A stretch of 55,877 bases of DNA from a virus (lineage: Duplodnaviria; Caudoviricetes): positions 1 to 55,877 of the IMG/VR virus record IMGVR_UViG_3300037510_000220; one strand, given 5' to 3'. Of the stretch, positions 1-9,697 are shown one piece after another; the stretch's first letter is position 1, and each line of letters starts with the position of its first letter. The position numbers and the translations under genes are program-made. A model generated the notes under the pieces. That model made no database searches. It had not been told where the DNA came from and saw only the letters and a program-made list of their open reading frames with translations.

Positions 1-358
1 GTCGCAGGTGCGGTCGCAGGTGGAGTCGCAGGTGGGGTCGCAGGTGGGGTCGCAGGTGGGGTCGCAGGTGGGGTCGCAGGTGGAGTCGCAGGTGGGGTCG
101 CAGGTGGGGTCGCAGGTGCGGTCGCAGGTGCGGTCGCAGGTGGAGTCGCAGGTGGGGTCGCAGGTGGGGTCGCAGGTGTGGTCGCAGGTGGAGTCGCAGG
201 TGGGGTCGCAGGTGCGGTCGCAGGTGCGGTCGCAGGTGCGGTCGCAGGTGCGGTCGCAGGTGCGGTCGCAGGTGCGGTCGCAGGTGGAGTCGCAGGTGGG
301 GTCGCAGGTGCGGTCGCAGGTGCGGTCGCAGGTGCGGTCGCAGGTGGAGTCGCAGGTC
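1..358 (+). repeat. 12-bp tandem repeat GTCGCAGGTG(CG/GA/GG/TG), 29 full units plus 1 partial, encoding SQV[R/E/G/W]
   Basis: Directly visible; continues from 55565-55877. Confidence 0.99.
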
Positions 359-1102
359 TCCCGCGAGGTCCGCGAAGACATGATCCGCTCGGCCTGGTAC
401 AACCGCTTCGGCGGCGCGCTCTGGGGCGCGGGCTGGTGCGCCTACGTCAGCTTTTTCCGCGACGTGATGGGGTGGCAAGACCCGATTCTCGAAAAGCACG
501 CCATCTACGAAGACCTCGCCAAGAACTGCGGCTGGGTGTGGTGGCACGAGAACATTGTCGCCATTTCCGATCGGCCGACCATCGTCAACCGCGATGCCCA
601 AGGGCGCCTCCACTGCGCCAACGGGCCGAGCATCGCATACCGCGACGGCTGGGCGCTGTTTCACTATCACGGCGTCGCGGTTCCGCGCGAGATCGTCGAG
701 GATCCATTCGGCATCACGATCAAGCAAATCCGCGCGGAGAAAAACGCCGAGATTCGCCGCGTCATGATCGAACTCTACGGATACGACAAGTACTGCTCCG
801 ATGCTGGCATGAAGCTGGTTGATCAGTGCGGCGAGGACCATCCTCTCAAGGGCCTGCGCACGGCAAAGCTCTGGCTTGAAGAGGGCGACGGCGAGCCGCT
901 GGTCATCCTCGATGTGCTCAACAGCACCCCGGAACCGGACGGCAGCATCCGCCGCTACGGCATCCGCGTCGATCCCAAGGCATACGGCGGGCGCGCCGCG
1001 CGCGAATGCATCGCGGCCTCCGCGTCGACCTGGCGCCGGCGCAGCGATAACTCGCTGTTCTACGCCAAGCCCGAGGACTATGCCCCGATGGCGGAATCGT
1101 GA
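1..1102 (+). CDS. C-terminal part of DUF6745-like protein with SQVx repeats (gene starts at 55296 and wraps around)
   Basis: CGWVWWHENIVAISDRP..RDAQGRLHCANGPSIAYRDGW..HGVAVP and EKNAEIRRVMIE motifs; frame is continuous with ATG 55296 once the terminal overlap is removed. Confidence 0.85.
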   Translation, partial: SQVRSQVESQVGSQVGSQVGSQVGSQVESQVGSQVGSQVRSQVRSQVESQVGSQVGSQVWSQVESQVGSQVRSQVRSQVRSQVRSQVRSQVRSQVESQVGSQVRSQVRSQVRSQVESQVSREVREDMIRSAWYNRFGGALWGAGWCAYVSFFRDVMGWQDPILEKHAIYEDLAKNCGWVWWHENIVAISDRPTIVNRDAQGRLHCANGPSIAYRDGWALFHYHGVAVPREIVEDPFGITIKQIRAEKNAEIRRVMIELYGYDKYCSDAGMKLVDQCGEDHPLKGLRTAKLWLEEGDGEPLVILDVLNSTPEPDGSIRRYGIRVDPKAYGGRAARECIAASASTWRRRSDNSLFYAKPEDYAPMAES

Positions 1103-1323
1103 TCCGCGCGGTCCTCAACAGCCCTTGGACGGTCGGCATCGCCATTGCGGTGGCGGTGCTGGCTGCCACAGCGGAGGCGCCGGCCGGGTCAGAACTCGCC
1201 GCCATCGAGGCCAGCCAGGCCGAGGACGCCGCCTACCGCCGCGGCCTGACGGATGGCGCGCGCTTGGCGCGGCTGAACTGCGGCAGGTCTCTGACCGTCA
1301 CCAGTTGGGAGCATCAGCCGTGA
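1099..1323 (+). CDS. Hypothetical protein with N-terminal hydrophobic segment
   Basis: GTGA overlap with upstream stop; operon context. Confidence 0.6.
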   Translation: MIRAVLNSPWTVGIAIAVAVLAATAEAPAGSELAAIEASQAEDAAYRRGLTDGARLARLNCGRSLTVTSWEHQP

Positions 1324-1889
1324 GCGCGATTTGCCCCTATTGCTCCAAGCCCGCGGTGCTGGTGACGGGGAAAGACATCTATCCGCATCGGCCCGACCTG
1401 TTCGAGAAGCACTTCTACCGCTGCCGGCCGTGCGGCGCGCAGGTCGGCTGCCATCCCGGCACCACTACGCCCTTGGGTCGGCTCGCCAATGCCGAATTAC
1501 GCGAATGGAAGCAGCGGGCGCATGCCGCGTTCGATCCGATTTGGCAGAGCGGCAACAAGAAGCGGCGCGACGCCTACCACTGGCTTTCTCAAGCGCTCGG
1601 CATCTCCTTCGCGGATACCCACATCGGCATGTTCGATGTCCCGACCTGCCAGCGCGTGGTCGGCTTGTGCCAGGCCTTCGCGTTCGAGAAGTCCAAGGAA
1701 CTTCCAGCCTACGCTCCGCCGCCCGAATTGCGCCGGCCCGCGCGCTACGCCGAATTGCTGAAACCCATCAAGCCCATCAAGGGCGCCGACTACAAACCGC
1801 TCTGCAACTGCCAGCCACCCTGGCAGCACTGCGAGCACACCGTCATTGCCGGAATGATGCCGGCCAAACCTCAAAGGAAAGCAGCATGA
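1320..1889 (+). CDS. Zinc-finger protein (DUF3268-like)
   Basis: CPYC...IYPHRPDL..FYRCRPCGAQVGCHPGT..PLGRLANAELR; GTG start overlapping previous stop. Confidence 0.8.
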   Translation: MSAICPYCSKPAVLVTGKDIYPHRPDLFEKHFYRCRPCGAQVGCHPGTTTPLGRLANAELREWKQRAHAAFDPIWQSGNKKRRDAYHWLSQALGISFADTHIGMFDVPTCQRVVGLCQAFAFEKSKELPAYAPPPELRRPARYAELLKPIKPIKGADYKPLCNCQPPWQHCEHTVIAGMMPAKPQRKAA

Positions 1890-3115
1890 CCAAAAGCACC
1901 GAACTCGCCCTCCTGCCGCCGCCCGAGCGCGCGGCCGTTGTTCTCGGCACCGCCGAGCGCGTCAAGGAACTCAAGGCCCTGGCCGAGAAATCCGTTGACC
2001 TGATCGAAATCCGCGACCAAACCAGCCGCGACCAGATTCACGCCGCGCGCATGGTCCTGAAGAATACTCGCGTGGACCTGGAGAAAAAGGCCAAGGCCGC
2101 GCGCGATGATGCGACTGCGTTCTCGAAAGCTGTCATCGCCGAGGAAAAGAAGCTGGTCGGCATCATCCAGCCCGAGGAATCGCGCCTGGATGCCATTCAG
2201 ACCGAGTGGGACGACCGCGTTGAGCGTGAGCGCCAAGCCAAGGCCGAGGCCGACCGGCAGCGCATCGCCGGCCTGCAGGAGGCTATCGCAGCCATCCGCG
2301 CCACGCCGCCGCGTTTTGTTGGCGCGCCATCCAGCAAGATTACCGACGCCATCCAGTCGTTGGAACTCACCGACACGGCGGCTTTTGCGGAGCTGCGCGC
2401 AGATGCCGAAACGGCGAGGACGGAAGCAATCGAAGCACTGGCCAAGATTCGCGCCGACGCCGAAGCGCGCGAAGCCGAAACCAAACGCCAGGCCGAGGAA
2501 GCCGCGCGCCTGAAAGCCGAACGCGAAGCCTTCGAGAAGGAACAGGCCGCCGCCAAGGCCAAGCGCGACGAGGAAGAGCGGCAGGCCCGCGAACGCATCG
2601 CCGCCCAGGAGCGCGAAGCCGCTGCCGCGCGCGCCGCCGAGCAGAAGCGCCTGGACGAGCAGCAGGCCGAGATTCGCCGCGCGCAAGCCGAAATCGACCG
2701 CCAGCGCCGGGAGCAAGAGGAACGCGAACACCGCGCCCGCCTTGCTGCCGAAGCGGAGGAAGCCCGCAAGAAGCAGGAAAAGGAAGCGCTGGAGCGCCGC
2801 CAGCGCGAGGCCGCCGAGGCTCAAGAAGCCGCCCTGCGCCGCGCCGCCGAGGAAGCGGAAGCCCGGCGCCGCCGCGAAGAGCAGGAAGCCGCTGAACGCG
2901 CCATTGCCGAGAAGCGCGCCCGCGAGGCTAAGGAATACGAGGAGCGGGTGCGGCGCGAGGATCGCGTGCGGGCGGCGGCGCCGGCCATGTTGACGGCTCT
3001 CATCAGCATTACCGATCACCTGGAGCGCATCGGCGACAGCCGGAAGGATGCGCCGTTTATCGAGCAGGGCCGCGCGGCTATCGCGTTGGCAACTGGAGAG
3101 GAAATCGAAGTATGA
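1886..3115 (+). CDS. Long coiled-coil protein
   Basis: E/R/A/K-rich heptads; AAGGA RBS; ATGA coupling; upstream of recT. Confidence 0.8.
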   Translation: MTKSTELALLPPPERAAVVLGTAERVKELKALAEKSVDLIEIRDQTSRDQIHAARMVLKNTRVDLEKKAKAARDDATAFSKAVIAEEKKLVGIIQPEESRLDAIQTEWDDRVERERQAKAEADRQRIAGLQEAIAAIRATPPRFVGAPSSKITDAIQSLELTDTAAFAELRADAETARTEAIEALAKIRADAEAREAETKRQAEEAARLKAEREAFEKEQAAAKAKRDEEERQARERIAAQEREAAAARAAEQKRLDEQQAEIRRAQAEIDRQRREQEEREHRARLAAEAEEARKKQEKEALERRQREAAEAQEAALRRAAEEAEARRRREEQEAAERAIAEKRAREAKEYEERVRREDRVRAAAPAMLTALISITDHLERIGDSRKDAPFIEQGRAAIALATGEEIEV

Positions 3116-4041
3116 GCAACGCCCTCGCTCTCATCAGCGACGAAATCTACGCGCAGCGCGACAACTTTCTCGCTGTCCTGTCCGACACCTCTATCACCTT
3201 TGAACGCGAGGCCGGCTTCGCCATCCAGTCCATCAGCGCCAGCGACTACGCCATCGGCATTGCCACGAAGAACAAGCAGTCGGTCATCAACGCCGTCACG
3301 AACATTGCCGCCATCGGCATCAGCTTGAACCCTGCCAAGAAGCAGGCCTATCTGGTGCCGCGCGACGGCAAGATTTGCCTCGACATCAGCTACATGGGCC
3401 TGATGGACCTGGCCATGAACACCGGCTCAATCAAGTGGGCAAAGGCCGCGTTGGTGCACGAAAAAGACAGCTTCGAGCTGAACGGCTACGACCGGCCGCC
3501 GGAGCACAAATTCAACCCATTTGCCAAAGATCGCGGCGAAATCGTTGGCGTCTACGTGGTGGTCAAAACCGCTGACGGCGAGTATCTGACCCACACCATG
3601 GAAATCGGCGAGGTATTCGCCATCCGCGACCGCTCGACCGCTTGGAAGGCCTACGTCAAGGACAAGTCCAAAACCTGCCCTTGGGTCACGGACGAAGGCG
3701 AAATGGTCAAAAAGACTTGCGTCAAGCAGGCCTACAAGTACTGGCCCAAGACCGAGCGCCTGGAACAGGCTATCCATCACCTGAACGTGGACAGCGGCGA
3801 AGGCCTGCCGCCCCTGCGCAATGATGTGCCGGAGCATGACGTGCGCCTCAAAGAAAAGTGGATCGAGAAGGCCAACGGCGCGCCTGATGCCGAATCTCTC
3901 AAGCGCATCTGGGCCGATGGCCTGGCCGAAATCCGCCCGACCAAGGACATGATCACTTACAACGCCTTCAAGGCCGCCGTCGAGGCTAAGGGGCGCGGCT
4001 TCAATGAGAAGCAGGTTGAGGGTGAGGAGGTGACGCAATGA
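3112..4041 (+). CDS. recT: RecT/Red-beta family single-strand annealing protein
   Basis: GISLNPAKKQAYLVPR, ISYMGL, PWVTDEGEMVKKT motifs; next to exonuclease. Confidence 0.9.
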   Translation: MSNALALISDEIYAQRDNFLAVLSDTSITFEREAGFAIQSISASDYAIGIATKNKQSVINAVTNIAAIGISLNPAKKQAYLVPRDGKICLDISYMGLMDLAMNTGSIKWAKAALVHEKDSFELNGYDRPPEHKFNPFAKDRGEIVGVYVVVKTADGEYLTHTMEIGEVFAIRDRSTAWKAYVKDKSKTCPWVTDEGEMVKKTCVKQAYKYWPKTERLEQAIHHLNVDSGEGLPPLRNDVPEHDVRLKEKWIEKANGAPDAESLKRIWADGLAEIRPTKDMITYNAFKAAVEAKGRGFNEKQVEGEEVTQ

Positions 4042-4679
4042 GCCGCTTCATCCTCTCCCCGCACGCCCAAGGAACGGAAGAATGGCTTGCCGATCGACTC
4101 GGCAAGGCTACCGGCAGCAACGCCGATTGCGTGATCGCCAAGGGCCGCGGCAACGCCGAATCGACTACCCGCCGCAATTACCTTCACGGCCTGGCCTGCG
4201 AGCGCCTGACCGGGAAATCCGCCGCCAATACCTATAAGAGCCGGCGCATGGAGCACGGCACCGAACAGGAGCCGTTCGCGCGCATGGAATACGAGGCCCG
4301 GACCGGCGCGATGGTCGAAGAGGCGGGGTTCGCCTATCTCCCGACGATTCCGGCCGGCTGCAGCGTCGATGGGTTCATTGACGACCGCAAGGGGATCATC
4401 GAGTGCAAGGCCCCTCTTCCCGCCATCCACCTCAGCTACATGGCGCGCAAGGACTGCCCGCCTGAATACGTCCCCCAGATCACGCATGAATTCTGGGTGA
4501 CTGGTGCTGAGTACTGCGACTTCATCAGCTACTGCCCGGACATGCCGGAAAAGCTGCAACTCCACGTCCTGCGCATCAGCCGCGACGAGAAGGCAGTGAA
4601 GGCTTACGAGGTCGAACTTCTGGTTTTTCTCGGCGAAGTCGCCGCCCTCGAAGCAGACCTTCGGCGGAGAGCTGCATGA
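4038..4679 (+). CDS. YqaJ/lambda-exonuclease family
   Basis: QGTEEWLADRLG, GTEQEPFAR, CSVDG..IECKAP, YVPQI. Confidence 0.9.
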   Translation: MSRFILSPHAQGTEEWLADRLGKATGSNADCVIAKGRGNAESTTRRNYLHGLACERLTGKSAANTYKSRRMEHGTEQEPFARMEYEARTGAMVEEAGFAYLPTIPAGCSVDGFIDDRKGIIECKAPLPAIHLSYMARKDCPPEYVPQITHEFWVTGAEYCDFISYCPDMPEKLQLHVLRISRDEKAVKAYEVELLVFLGEVAALEADLRRRAA

Positions 4680-4936
4680 AGTTCAAGCGCAACAGCGCCA
4701 CCGACATCGCCGTGCGTCTTCTGGCGATCCATGGCCCCATGCGCATCGAGGAAATCCGCGCGCAGGACGAGCGGCTTTCTGTCGATAAGTGCCGGGGCCT
4801 GTCGGTCTTGCTTGCTGAGCGCGTGCAGTACGGAGAACTGGCGGTGCGCAAGGGTACGCGCGTCAAGAAGTACCGCATCAAGGACCGGCGCCGGGTCGCC
4901 ACCCTGGATTCGTTTTTTCACAGGATCAAGCAATGA
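4676..4936 (+). CDS. Hypothetical basic protein
   Basis: ATGA coupling at both ends. Confidence 0.6.
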   Translation: MKFKRNSATDIAVRLLAIHGPMRIEEIRAQDERLSVDKCRGLSVLLAERVQYGELAVRKGTRVKKYRIKDRRRVATLDSFFHRIKQ

Positions 4937-5331
4937 ACCAAACCTTTGTCCTTCGCCAGGAATCGAACGCTCAAGCCCTGTGGGCTTTCCTCAAGGCGAA
5001 TTGGCGCGCCATGGCCGACGCCGGCAAGCCGCTAGCCCTGCACGTCACCGAGGCCAAGAGCAAGCGCTCCGACGCGCAAAACCGCCTCCTGCACGCCACC
5101 CTGACCGAGATCGCCAACAACGCATGGGTCAAGGGCAAGCAGTACGACATGGAGACTTGGAAGGAGTTCTTTCGCCAGAAGTTCATCGGTACCGAGGAAT
5201 ACGAACTTCCGGACGGCCGGCGCGCGCAACGCGGAATCTCCACGACGAAATTGAGCGTCAGCGAGTGCGCCGACTTCATCACGCACATCCAGATGTACGC
5301 CGCCGATGAACTCGGCCTGGAGTTGGTGTGA
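4933..5331 (+). CDS. ninB: NinB/YbcN-like recombination protein
   Basis: KRSDAQNRLLHA, WKEFF, STTKLSVSEC motifs. Confidence 0.85.
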   Translation: MNQTFVLRQESNAQALWAFLKANWRAMADAGKPLALHVTEAKSKRSDAQNRLLHATLTEIANNAWVKGKQYDMETWKEFFRQKFIGTEEYELPDGRRAQRGISTTKLSVSECADFITHIQMYAADELGLELV

Positions 5332-5714
5332 ACTTCCGCTCTCCCAAGCTCCTGCGCGATGCTCGCGACCGCTCCTGCCTGTTAGCCGTCCCCGACGTCT
5401 GTTGCGGCGACCCCGCGACCGTGGTAGCCGCGCACGCGAACTGGAGCGAGTACGGCAAGGGAAAGAGCATCAAGGCGCACGACTGGGCCTCAGCGCGTGG
5501 ATGCATGACATGCCATCGCTACTTAGACCAAGGCCCGGCACCGCGCGAAACCAAAAAGCGCCTTTGGTATGCCGCCTGGGTCAGGCAACTGGCCGACTGG
5601 AAGCGCCGCGGAATCATCCACACCGACATGGACCTGACCAACCCCGACCCGCGCGAGATAGCGAAGGCTTTCGCTGACGGGCGGATTTCATTGACGCCGC
5701 TGGTGGCGGCTTAG
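5328..5714 (+). CDS. DUF1364/YbcO-like putative nuclease
   Basis: RSPKLL..AR..C..C..TVVAAH..GKG..IKAHD..GC..CH..LD. Confidence 0.8.
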   Translation: MNFRSPKLLRDARDRSCLLAVPDVCCGDPATVVAAHANWSEYGKGKSIKAHDWASARGCMTCHRYLDQGPAPRETKKRLWYAAWVRQLADWKRRGIIHTDMDLTNPDPREIAKAFADGRISLTPLVAA

Positions 5715-5722
5715 GAGAGAGC

Positions 5723-6055
5723 ATGGACGCAGTCAGACAATCAGTTGCCGATCGCTTTGCCAAGCCCACCGAGGTGTCGAAACTAGACATGGTTTTCGGT
5801 GGTCGCATGCAAGAGCTGATGCCTGCATATCAGCAGATCCCCGACGAATTCAAGCGCGGCGGGAATAAGTGGGTGGAGTGGCAAGCGAAATGGTTCTACA
5901 GCGGACTCGATTCCATGCCGACGCCGAAAGACGGGATCGACGGCAAGAAGGCCATGCATCACCTGGCGGCAATTCAAAATTCCTTCGAGCCGAAGCATGA
6001 GCACAAGTCGGCGGCGGTCGCATTCCTCGCCTCGCTCTGGTTCAAGCGGCCGTAA
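5723..6055 (+). CDS. Hypothetical phage protein
   Basis: AGGAG RBS; 110 aa. Confidence 0.75.
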   Translation: MDAVRQSVADRFAKPTEVSKLDMVFGGRMQELMPAYQQIPDEFKRGGNKWVEWQAKWFYSGLDSMPTPKDGIDGKKAMHHLAAIQNSFEPKHEHKSAAVAFLASLWFKRP

Positions 6056-6080
6056 CAACCAACCCCCTGAAAGGCAAATC

Positions 6081-6986
6081 ATGAAACGCTACAAAGACGC
6101 AAACGGTGAAATCAACGTCCTGGCCATCGCGCGCGATGCCATCCTGCTGCTGGTCGCCCTGATCCTTCTCGTCATCTGCTGGCCCTTCTACACCGTGCCG
6201 ACCGGCTCGCGTGGCGTCGTGACCCAGTTCGGCGCGATCAAGGGCGTGGAGAACGAGGGCCTGGTGATCCTGCCGCCCTGGCAACGCCTGGCCCTGTTCA
6301 GCATCCGCGCCGAGGAAGCGCACATCAAGGACGCGGACGGCGGGACTTTCGACCAGCAGCCGGTCAAGGTCAGCATGACGGTACGGTACAGCATCAGTAT
6401 CGACAAGGTAGCCGAAGTCTACGAAAAATACAGCCACGACGGCAATCTCGCCTCCTACGTGCAGACCGCTACCGGCGAGGTCTTCAAAGCCGTTACCGCC
6501 CGTTTCACGGCCCCGGAACTGCTGTCGAAGCGCCCGCAGGTATCCGGCGAAATCTCGGCAATGCTGCGCTCCAAACTGGCGATCTACGGCGCCCAGGTCA
6601 TCAACATCGACATGACGAACTTCTCATTCGACCCCGCCTATACCCGCGCCATCGTCCAGAAAACGGAACAGGTGCAGTTGCGCGACGCCGCCGAGAACAA
6701 GCTCAAGACCGTCGAGAGCGAGCAAAAGCAGAAGGTGGCGATTGCCGAGGCCGAAGCCAATGCACAGAAGGCCAAGGCGGACGGCGAAGCCTATTCCATC
6801 CGGAAACTTGCCGAGGCCCAGGCGACGGCCCTACAAGTCCAAAACGACGCCCTGGCGAAGAACAAGGATGTACTGGAGCTGCGCCGCATCGAGGTCGAAG
6901 CCGCCAAGGCGCACAAGTGGGACGGGAAGCTGCCGCAAAACATCTATGCCGGCGCGCCGATGCCGTTTTTGAATCTGAGCAAGTAA
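6081..6986 (+). CDS. SPFH/prohibitin (Band 7) family membrane protein
   Basis: N-terminal TM, VPTGSRGVVTQFG, C-terminal coiled coil and KWDGKLP. Confidence 0.9.
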   Translation: MKRYKDANGEINVLAIARDAILLLVALILLVICWPFYTVPTGSRGVVTQFGAIKGVENEGLVILPPWQRLALFSIRAEEAHIKDADGGTFDQQPVKVSMTVRYSISIDKVAEVYEKYSHDGNLASYVQTATGEVFKAVTARFTAPELLSKRPQVSGEISAMLRSKLAIYGAQVINIDMTNFSFDPAYTRAIVQKTEQVQLRDAAENKLKTVESEQKQKVAIAEAEANAQKAKADGEAYSIRKLAEAQATALQVQNDALAKNKDVLELRRIEVEAAKAHKWDGKLPQNIYAGAPMPFLNLSK

Positions 6987-6992
6987 CCCGGC

Positions 6993-7610
6993 ATGATCGA
7001 AGCCTACCCACTCTCCTGGCCCGAAGGACGGCCGCGCACCCCGCGCCACGCGCGCGAGGCCGCGCGGTTCGACACCAGCCTCGCCAGGGCCCGCGACGGC
7101 GTGATCAACCAGATCGAGATCATGGGCGGCCGCTATACCTGGATGAAGCGCGAGACTGCCCTGATCATCTCCTCGAACCTGACGCTGCGCCAGGACGGCC
7201 TGCCCTACGCCAACCAGCGCCAGCCCGAAGATCCCGGCGTCGCCGTCTACTTCACCTACAAGAAGCGGCAGATGTGCTTTGCCTGCGACCGCTGGACGAA
7301 GGTGGAAGACAACATGCAGGCGATCGCCAAGACCATCGAGGCGTTGCGCGGCATCGCGCGCTGGGGTACGGGCGACATGATGGAGGCGGCTTTCAAAGGG
7401 TTCGCCGCGCTGCCAGCGCCTGGTGCCTCGAAGCACTGGCGCGACCTGCTGGACGTGCCTGACACCGGTACCAAGGCGGAACAACTGGCGCGCGCCCGGA
7501 TGCACTACCGCGCCTGCGCGAGCGCGAATCACCCCGACAAGGGCGGCGACACCAACAAGATGGCCGAATACAACAATGCCTGGGACCAGGCGTTGAAGGA
7601 AATTGGCTGA
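6993..7610 (+). CDS. Protein with C-terminal J-domain
   Basis: AYPLSWPEGRPRT N-terminus; HPDKGG motif. Confidence 0.85.
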   Translation: MIEAYPLSWPEGRPRTPRHAREAARFDTSLARARDGVINQIEIMGGRYTWMKRETALIISSNLTLRQDGLPYANQRQPEDPGVAVYFTYKKRQMCFACDRWTKVEDNMQAIAKTIEALRGIARWGTGDMMEAAFKGFAALPAPGASKHWRDLLDVPDTGTKAEQLARARMHYRACASANHPDKGGDTNKMAEYNNAWDQALKEIG

Positions 7611-7645
7611 CCCGCGCGAGCGGAGACTTTTACCGATAGGACACC

Positions 7646-9034
7646 ATGATCTACGGCAGTGTGTGCTCTGGAATCGAAGCAGCGACCGTCGCCTGGCATC
7701 CGCTGGGCTGGCGGCCGGCCTTCTTTTCCGAGATCGAACCGTTCCCGCGGGCGGTTCTCGCGCACCACTACCCCGATGTTCCCCTGCATGGCGACTTCAC
7801 CACGATTCAGCCCGGACAATATGACCCAATTGACCTTCTTGTCGGAGGAACCCCCTGCCAGTCCTTCAGCGTCGCAGGACTCAGAGGCGGCCTGGCTGAT
7901 GACCGCGGCAACCTGGCCCTCGAATATCTTAGGCTGGCTGACCGCCTGCGCCCCCGCTGGCTGGTCTGGGAGAACGTCCCCGGAGTCCTGTCATCGGGAG
8001 GAGGACGGGACTTTGGTTCCATTCTTGGGGGCCTGGTCGAACTCGGGTATGGGTTCGCCTATCGAGTGCTTGACGCTCAGTATTTCGGAGTGGCACAGCG
8101 CCGCCGCCGTGTGTTCGTTGTCGGATATCTTGGAGACTGGCGACGTGCCGCGGCGGTACTTTTTGAGCGCCACAGCCTGCAAGGGCATCCTGCGCCGCGC
8201 AGAGAAGCGGGGAAAGGATTTGCCGCCGCAACTGCACCGAGCCTTACAGCAAGTGGCCGAGGCGTCGAACGAACCGGAGAATCACGCGGCCAAGACCCCA
8301 TCGTCGCTTGCGGCCTGATCCCGGCCCCTCATGCGCCGATCTCTCCATCTCTAAAAGCTAGGGATAGCAAGGGTGTATCAAGCGACGGCGACGGCGACGG
8401 CGACGGCGCAATACTTGTGCCAATGTTGGCGCACGCCCTGCGCGCTGAGGGCTTTGATGCATCGGAAGATGGGACAGGGCGCGGGACGCCACTGGTCCCA
8501 GTGGCGTCCCGCGTGCTAACACTGGCGATTCGCGGGCGCGAAGGACAACCAACGCTTGAATGTCGCGATGACGGTACCGCCAATGCCATCCTGACGCCGA
8601 ACGGCGGTAGGGCGGGGATTGGAGTCGGGGCAATCGCCTACCGCACAGCTGGCGATGGCGCGGTATATGAAGAGGGTGATTCCACTGCGCCCCTGACCAC
8701 TGGAACTGATAGCAGCGCCAATATTGTGGCATTTGGCGAGAATCAGCGTGGCGAGGTCTGCGAGGGCGATATAACTCGGGCACTTCAAACGCAAGGCGGC
8801 AAACCCGGCCAAGGCTATCCGGCCGTTCGTACTGGCATGCAAGTCCGCCGCCTAACCCCCGAAGAATGCGAGGCTTTGCAGGGCTTCCCGCGCGGCTATA
8901 CCGCCATCCAGGTGCGCGGCAAGCCGGCTGCCGATGGTCCGAGGTACAAGGCCCTGGGCAACAGCATGGCGGTGCCTTGCATGGCCTGGATAGGCCAGCG
9001 CATCGCAATTGTGGAGGCGATCGATGCCCACTAA
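7646..9034 (+). CDS. DNA cytosine-C5 methyltransferase
   Basis: SVCSGI (I), GGTPCQSFS (IV), WENVPG (VI), QRRRRVF (VIII), RRLTPEECEALQGFP (IX), GNSMAV (X). Confidence 0.95.
   Translation: MIYGSVCSGIEAATVAWHPLGWRPAFFSEIEPFPRAVLAHHYPDVPLHGDFTTIQPGQYDPIDLLVGGTPCQSFSVAGLRGGLADDRGNLALEYLRLADRLRPRWLVWENVPGVLSSGGGRDFGSILGGLVELGYGFAYRVLDAQYFGVAQRRRRVFVVGYLGDWRRAAAVLFERHSLQGHPAPRREAGKGFAAATAPSLTASGRGVERTGESRGQDPIVACGLIPAPHAPISPSLKARDSKGVSSDGDGDGDGAILVPMLAHALRAEGFDASEDGTGRGTPLVPVASRVLTLAIRGREGQPTLECRDDGTANAILTPNGGRAGIGVGAIAYRTAGDGAVYEEGDSTAPLTTGTDSSANIVAFGENQRGEVCEGDITRALQTQGGKPGQGYPAVRTGMQVRRLTPEECEALQGFPRGYTAIQVRGKPAADGPRYKALGNSMAVPCMAWIGQRIAIVEAIDAH
7821..8318 (+). CDS. Overprinted ORF inside the C5 methyltransferase, resembling the M.EcoHK31I beta polypeptide
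   Basis: Alternative frame with WSNSGM..C.LS.ILE..YFLS..C.GILRRA..RGK.LP. Confidence 0.6.
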   Translation: MTQLTFLSEEPPASPSASQDSEAAWLMTAATWPSNILGWLTACAPAGWSGRTSPESCHREEDGTLVPFLGAWSNSGMGSPIECLTLSISEWHSAAAVCSLSDILETGDVPRRYFLSATACKGILRRAEKRGKDLPPQLHRALQQVAEASNEPENHAAKTPSSLAA

Positions 9035-9073
9035 CCCCCGCCGCGAATCCGGCACCTACCTGCGAGACGGCAA

Positions 9074-9697
9074 ATGAAGGAAAGACCAATCCTGATGTCA
9101 GCGCCGATGGTGCGCGCCTGCCTGGACGGCAGCAAGACGCAGACGCGGCGCGTGGTTAAGCCTGGCAATTTGGGCGGCGCGAACCTGCCATCTCGCCAGC
9201 CGACGCCGAATTGGAATAGCGTGAGCTATGGCCCGGGCATCTGGTCGGATGACGCGGGCTTTTCGTCCCGCTGCCCGTACGGCGTGCCCGGCGACCGCCT
9301 CTGGGTGCGCGAATGCTGGGCCTATAACCCTGACTTTGGCCAGAACCTGAACTTCGTCTGCTACCGCGCCGACCCAGGTCATGAATACGACGGGCTGCGC
9401 TGGCGGCCGAGCATCCACATGCCACGCAAGGCCTGCCGGATCGTTCTGGAAGTTACCGGCGTGCGCGTGGAGCGGTTGCAGGACATCAGCGAGGCGGATG
9501 CGCGCGCAGAGGGCGTGCGCCAGATGCGCGACGGAAGCGGTTGCTGGGTGAGTCGGGAGGGTCCGGCCAATTTGGTCACACCTTGGCTGACAGCACGCGA
9601 GGCTTACGCTGACCTGTGGAACGTGATCAACGGCGCCAGCGCTTGGGACGCCAATCCCTGGGTGTGGGTGATCGAGTTCAAGCGGGTGAAGCCATGA
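9074..9697 (+). CDS. ASCH/PUA-like phage protein
   Basis: ERPILMSAPMVRA..KTQTRR, GDRLWVRE, WRPSIHMPR, NPWVWVIEF. Confidence 0.85.
   Translation: MKERPILMSAPMVRACLDGSKTQTRRVVKPGNLGGANLPSRQPTPNWNSVSYGPGIWSDDAGFSSRCPYGVPGDRLWVRECWAYNPDFGQNLNFVCYRADPGHEYDGLRWRPSIHMPRKACRIVLEVTGVRVERLQDISEADARAEGVRQMRDGSGCWVSREGPANLVTPWLTAREAYADLWNVINGASAWDANPWVWVIEFKRVKP

Noticed and set aside
1-358. CRISPR array
   Set aside because: 12-bp units with no spacers, in-frame coding, and no cas genes
178-822. VAGA/VAGG repeat ORF
   Set aside because: Alternative frame of the same repeat; the SQV frame connects to conserved domains on both sides
8383-8407. (GACGGC)4 microsatellite as an on/off phase-variation switch
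   Set aside because: 6-bp unit keeps the frame; only alters a DG linker
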